Of a stretch of 44,947 bases of DNA, positions 44,703-44,947 are shown piece after piece. The stretch is taken from positions 1 to 44,947 of the IMG/VR virus record IMGVR_UViG_3300038548_000114; one strand, written 5' to 3'. Each line of letters begins with the position of its first letter. Position 1 is the stretch's first letter. The DNA comes from a virus (taxonomy: Duplodnaviria > Caudoviricetes). A program made the translations under genes and the position numbers. The notes under the pieces were generated by a model. That model did no database searches and was not told where the DNA came from. It was given only the letters and a program-made list of their open reading frames with translations.

Positions 44703-44947
44703 TTAAGCGAACGAAGGTTGAATCGCTAGACCCTTTTCGATCAGCATCGCATCAGACCAACCACCTGCAGCCATGTACTGCTCATAGGTGAACTCGGCTG
44801 CAGCTGTCATGACCAGCGTTGCAGGAGCAGCAGGAGCAGCAGGAGCAGCAGGAGCAGCAGGAGCAGCAGGAGCAGCAGGAGCAGCAGGAGCAGCAGGAGC
44901 AGCAGGAGCAGCAGGACGTGTCGCCAAACCTTTCTCGATCAGCAGTT
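44703..44947 (-). CDS. 3' end of the SSB gene that starts at 811
   Basis: Frame continues LLIEKGLATRP(AAP)n ATLVMTAAAEFTYEQYMAAGGWSDAMLIEKGLAIQPSFA to a stop. Confidence 0.8.
   Translation of the reverse strand, partial: LLIEKGLATRPAAPAAPAAPAAPAAPAAPAAPAAPAAPAAPATLVMTAAAEFTYEQYMAAGGWSDAMLIEKGLAIQPSFA
44801..44947. repeat. Terminal overlap with 1-165, with 10 repeat units
   Basis: Direct sequence comparison. Confidence 0.95.

Noticed and set aside
1-44947. Alternative genetic code or restriction-site avoidance
   Set aside because: All core genes are intact in the standard code and use all three stop codons. GATC, GAATTC and CCGG sites are present; subtler avoidance needs k-mer counting that I cannot do by eye.

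Overview
The window is an apparently complete, circularly permuted dsDNA phage genome of about 44.8 kb; bases 44801-44947 repeat bases 1-165. The virion module resembles the podovirus BPP-1/APSE layout: TerS, TerL with an intein, portal, scaffold, major capsid, Bbp16-like cement protein, tail tubular proteins A and B, internal virion proteins, a 2559-aa polyvalent protein, tail fibre and an M15 endolysin. The leftward replication arm encodes a Cas4-like DUF2800 nuclease, a DUF2815 SSB that spans the contig ends, a ParB-like protein, a family B polymerase, a VRR-NUC nuclease, an SNF2 helicase and a glycosyltransferase. A rightward primase-helicase is followed by many small early genes. I recognised no integrase, CI-type repressor, CRISPR array or DGR. 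The most unusual observations are: (1) a VSF(L/M) peptide shared by several unrelated DNA-transaction proteins; (2) a COG2944/HigA-like antitoxin N-terminal peptide inside the primase between 25-bp direct repeats; (3) a 99-nt tRNA-like RNA with two T-loops; (4) an SSB with a duplicated C-terminal module on a variable-length (PAA)n tether; (5) a large virion protein with tandem ART-like domains and acidic inserts. All family calls come from visual motif recognition, not database searches.
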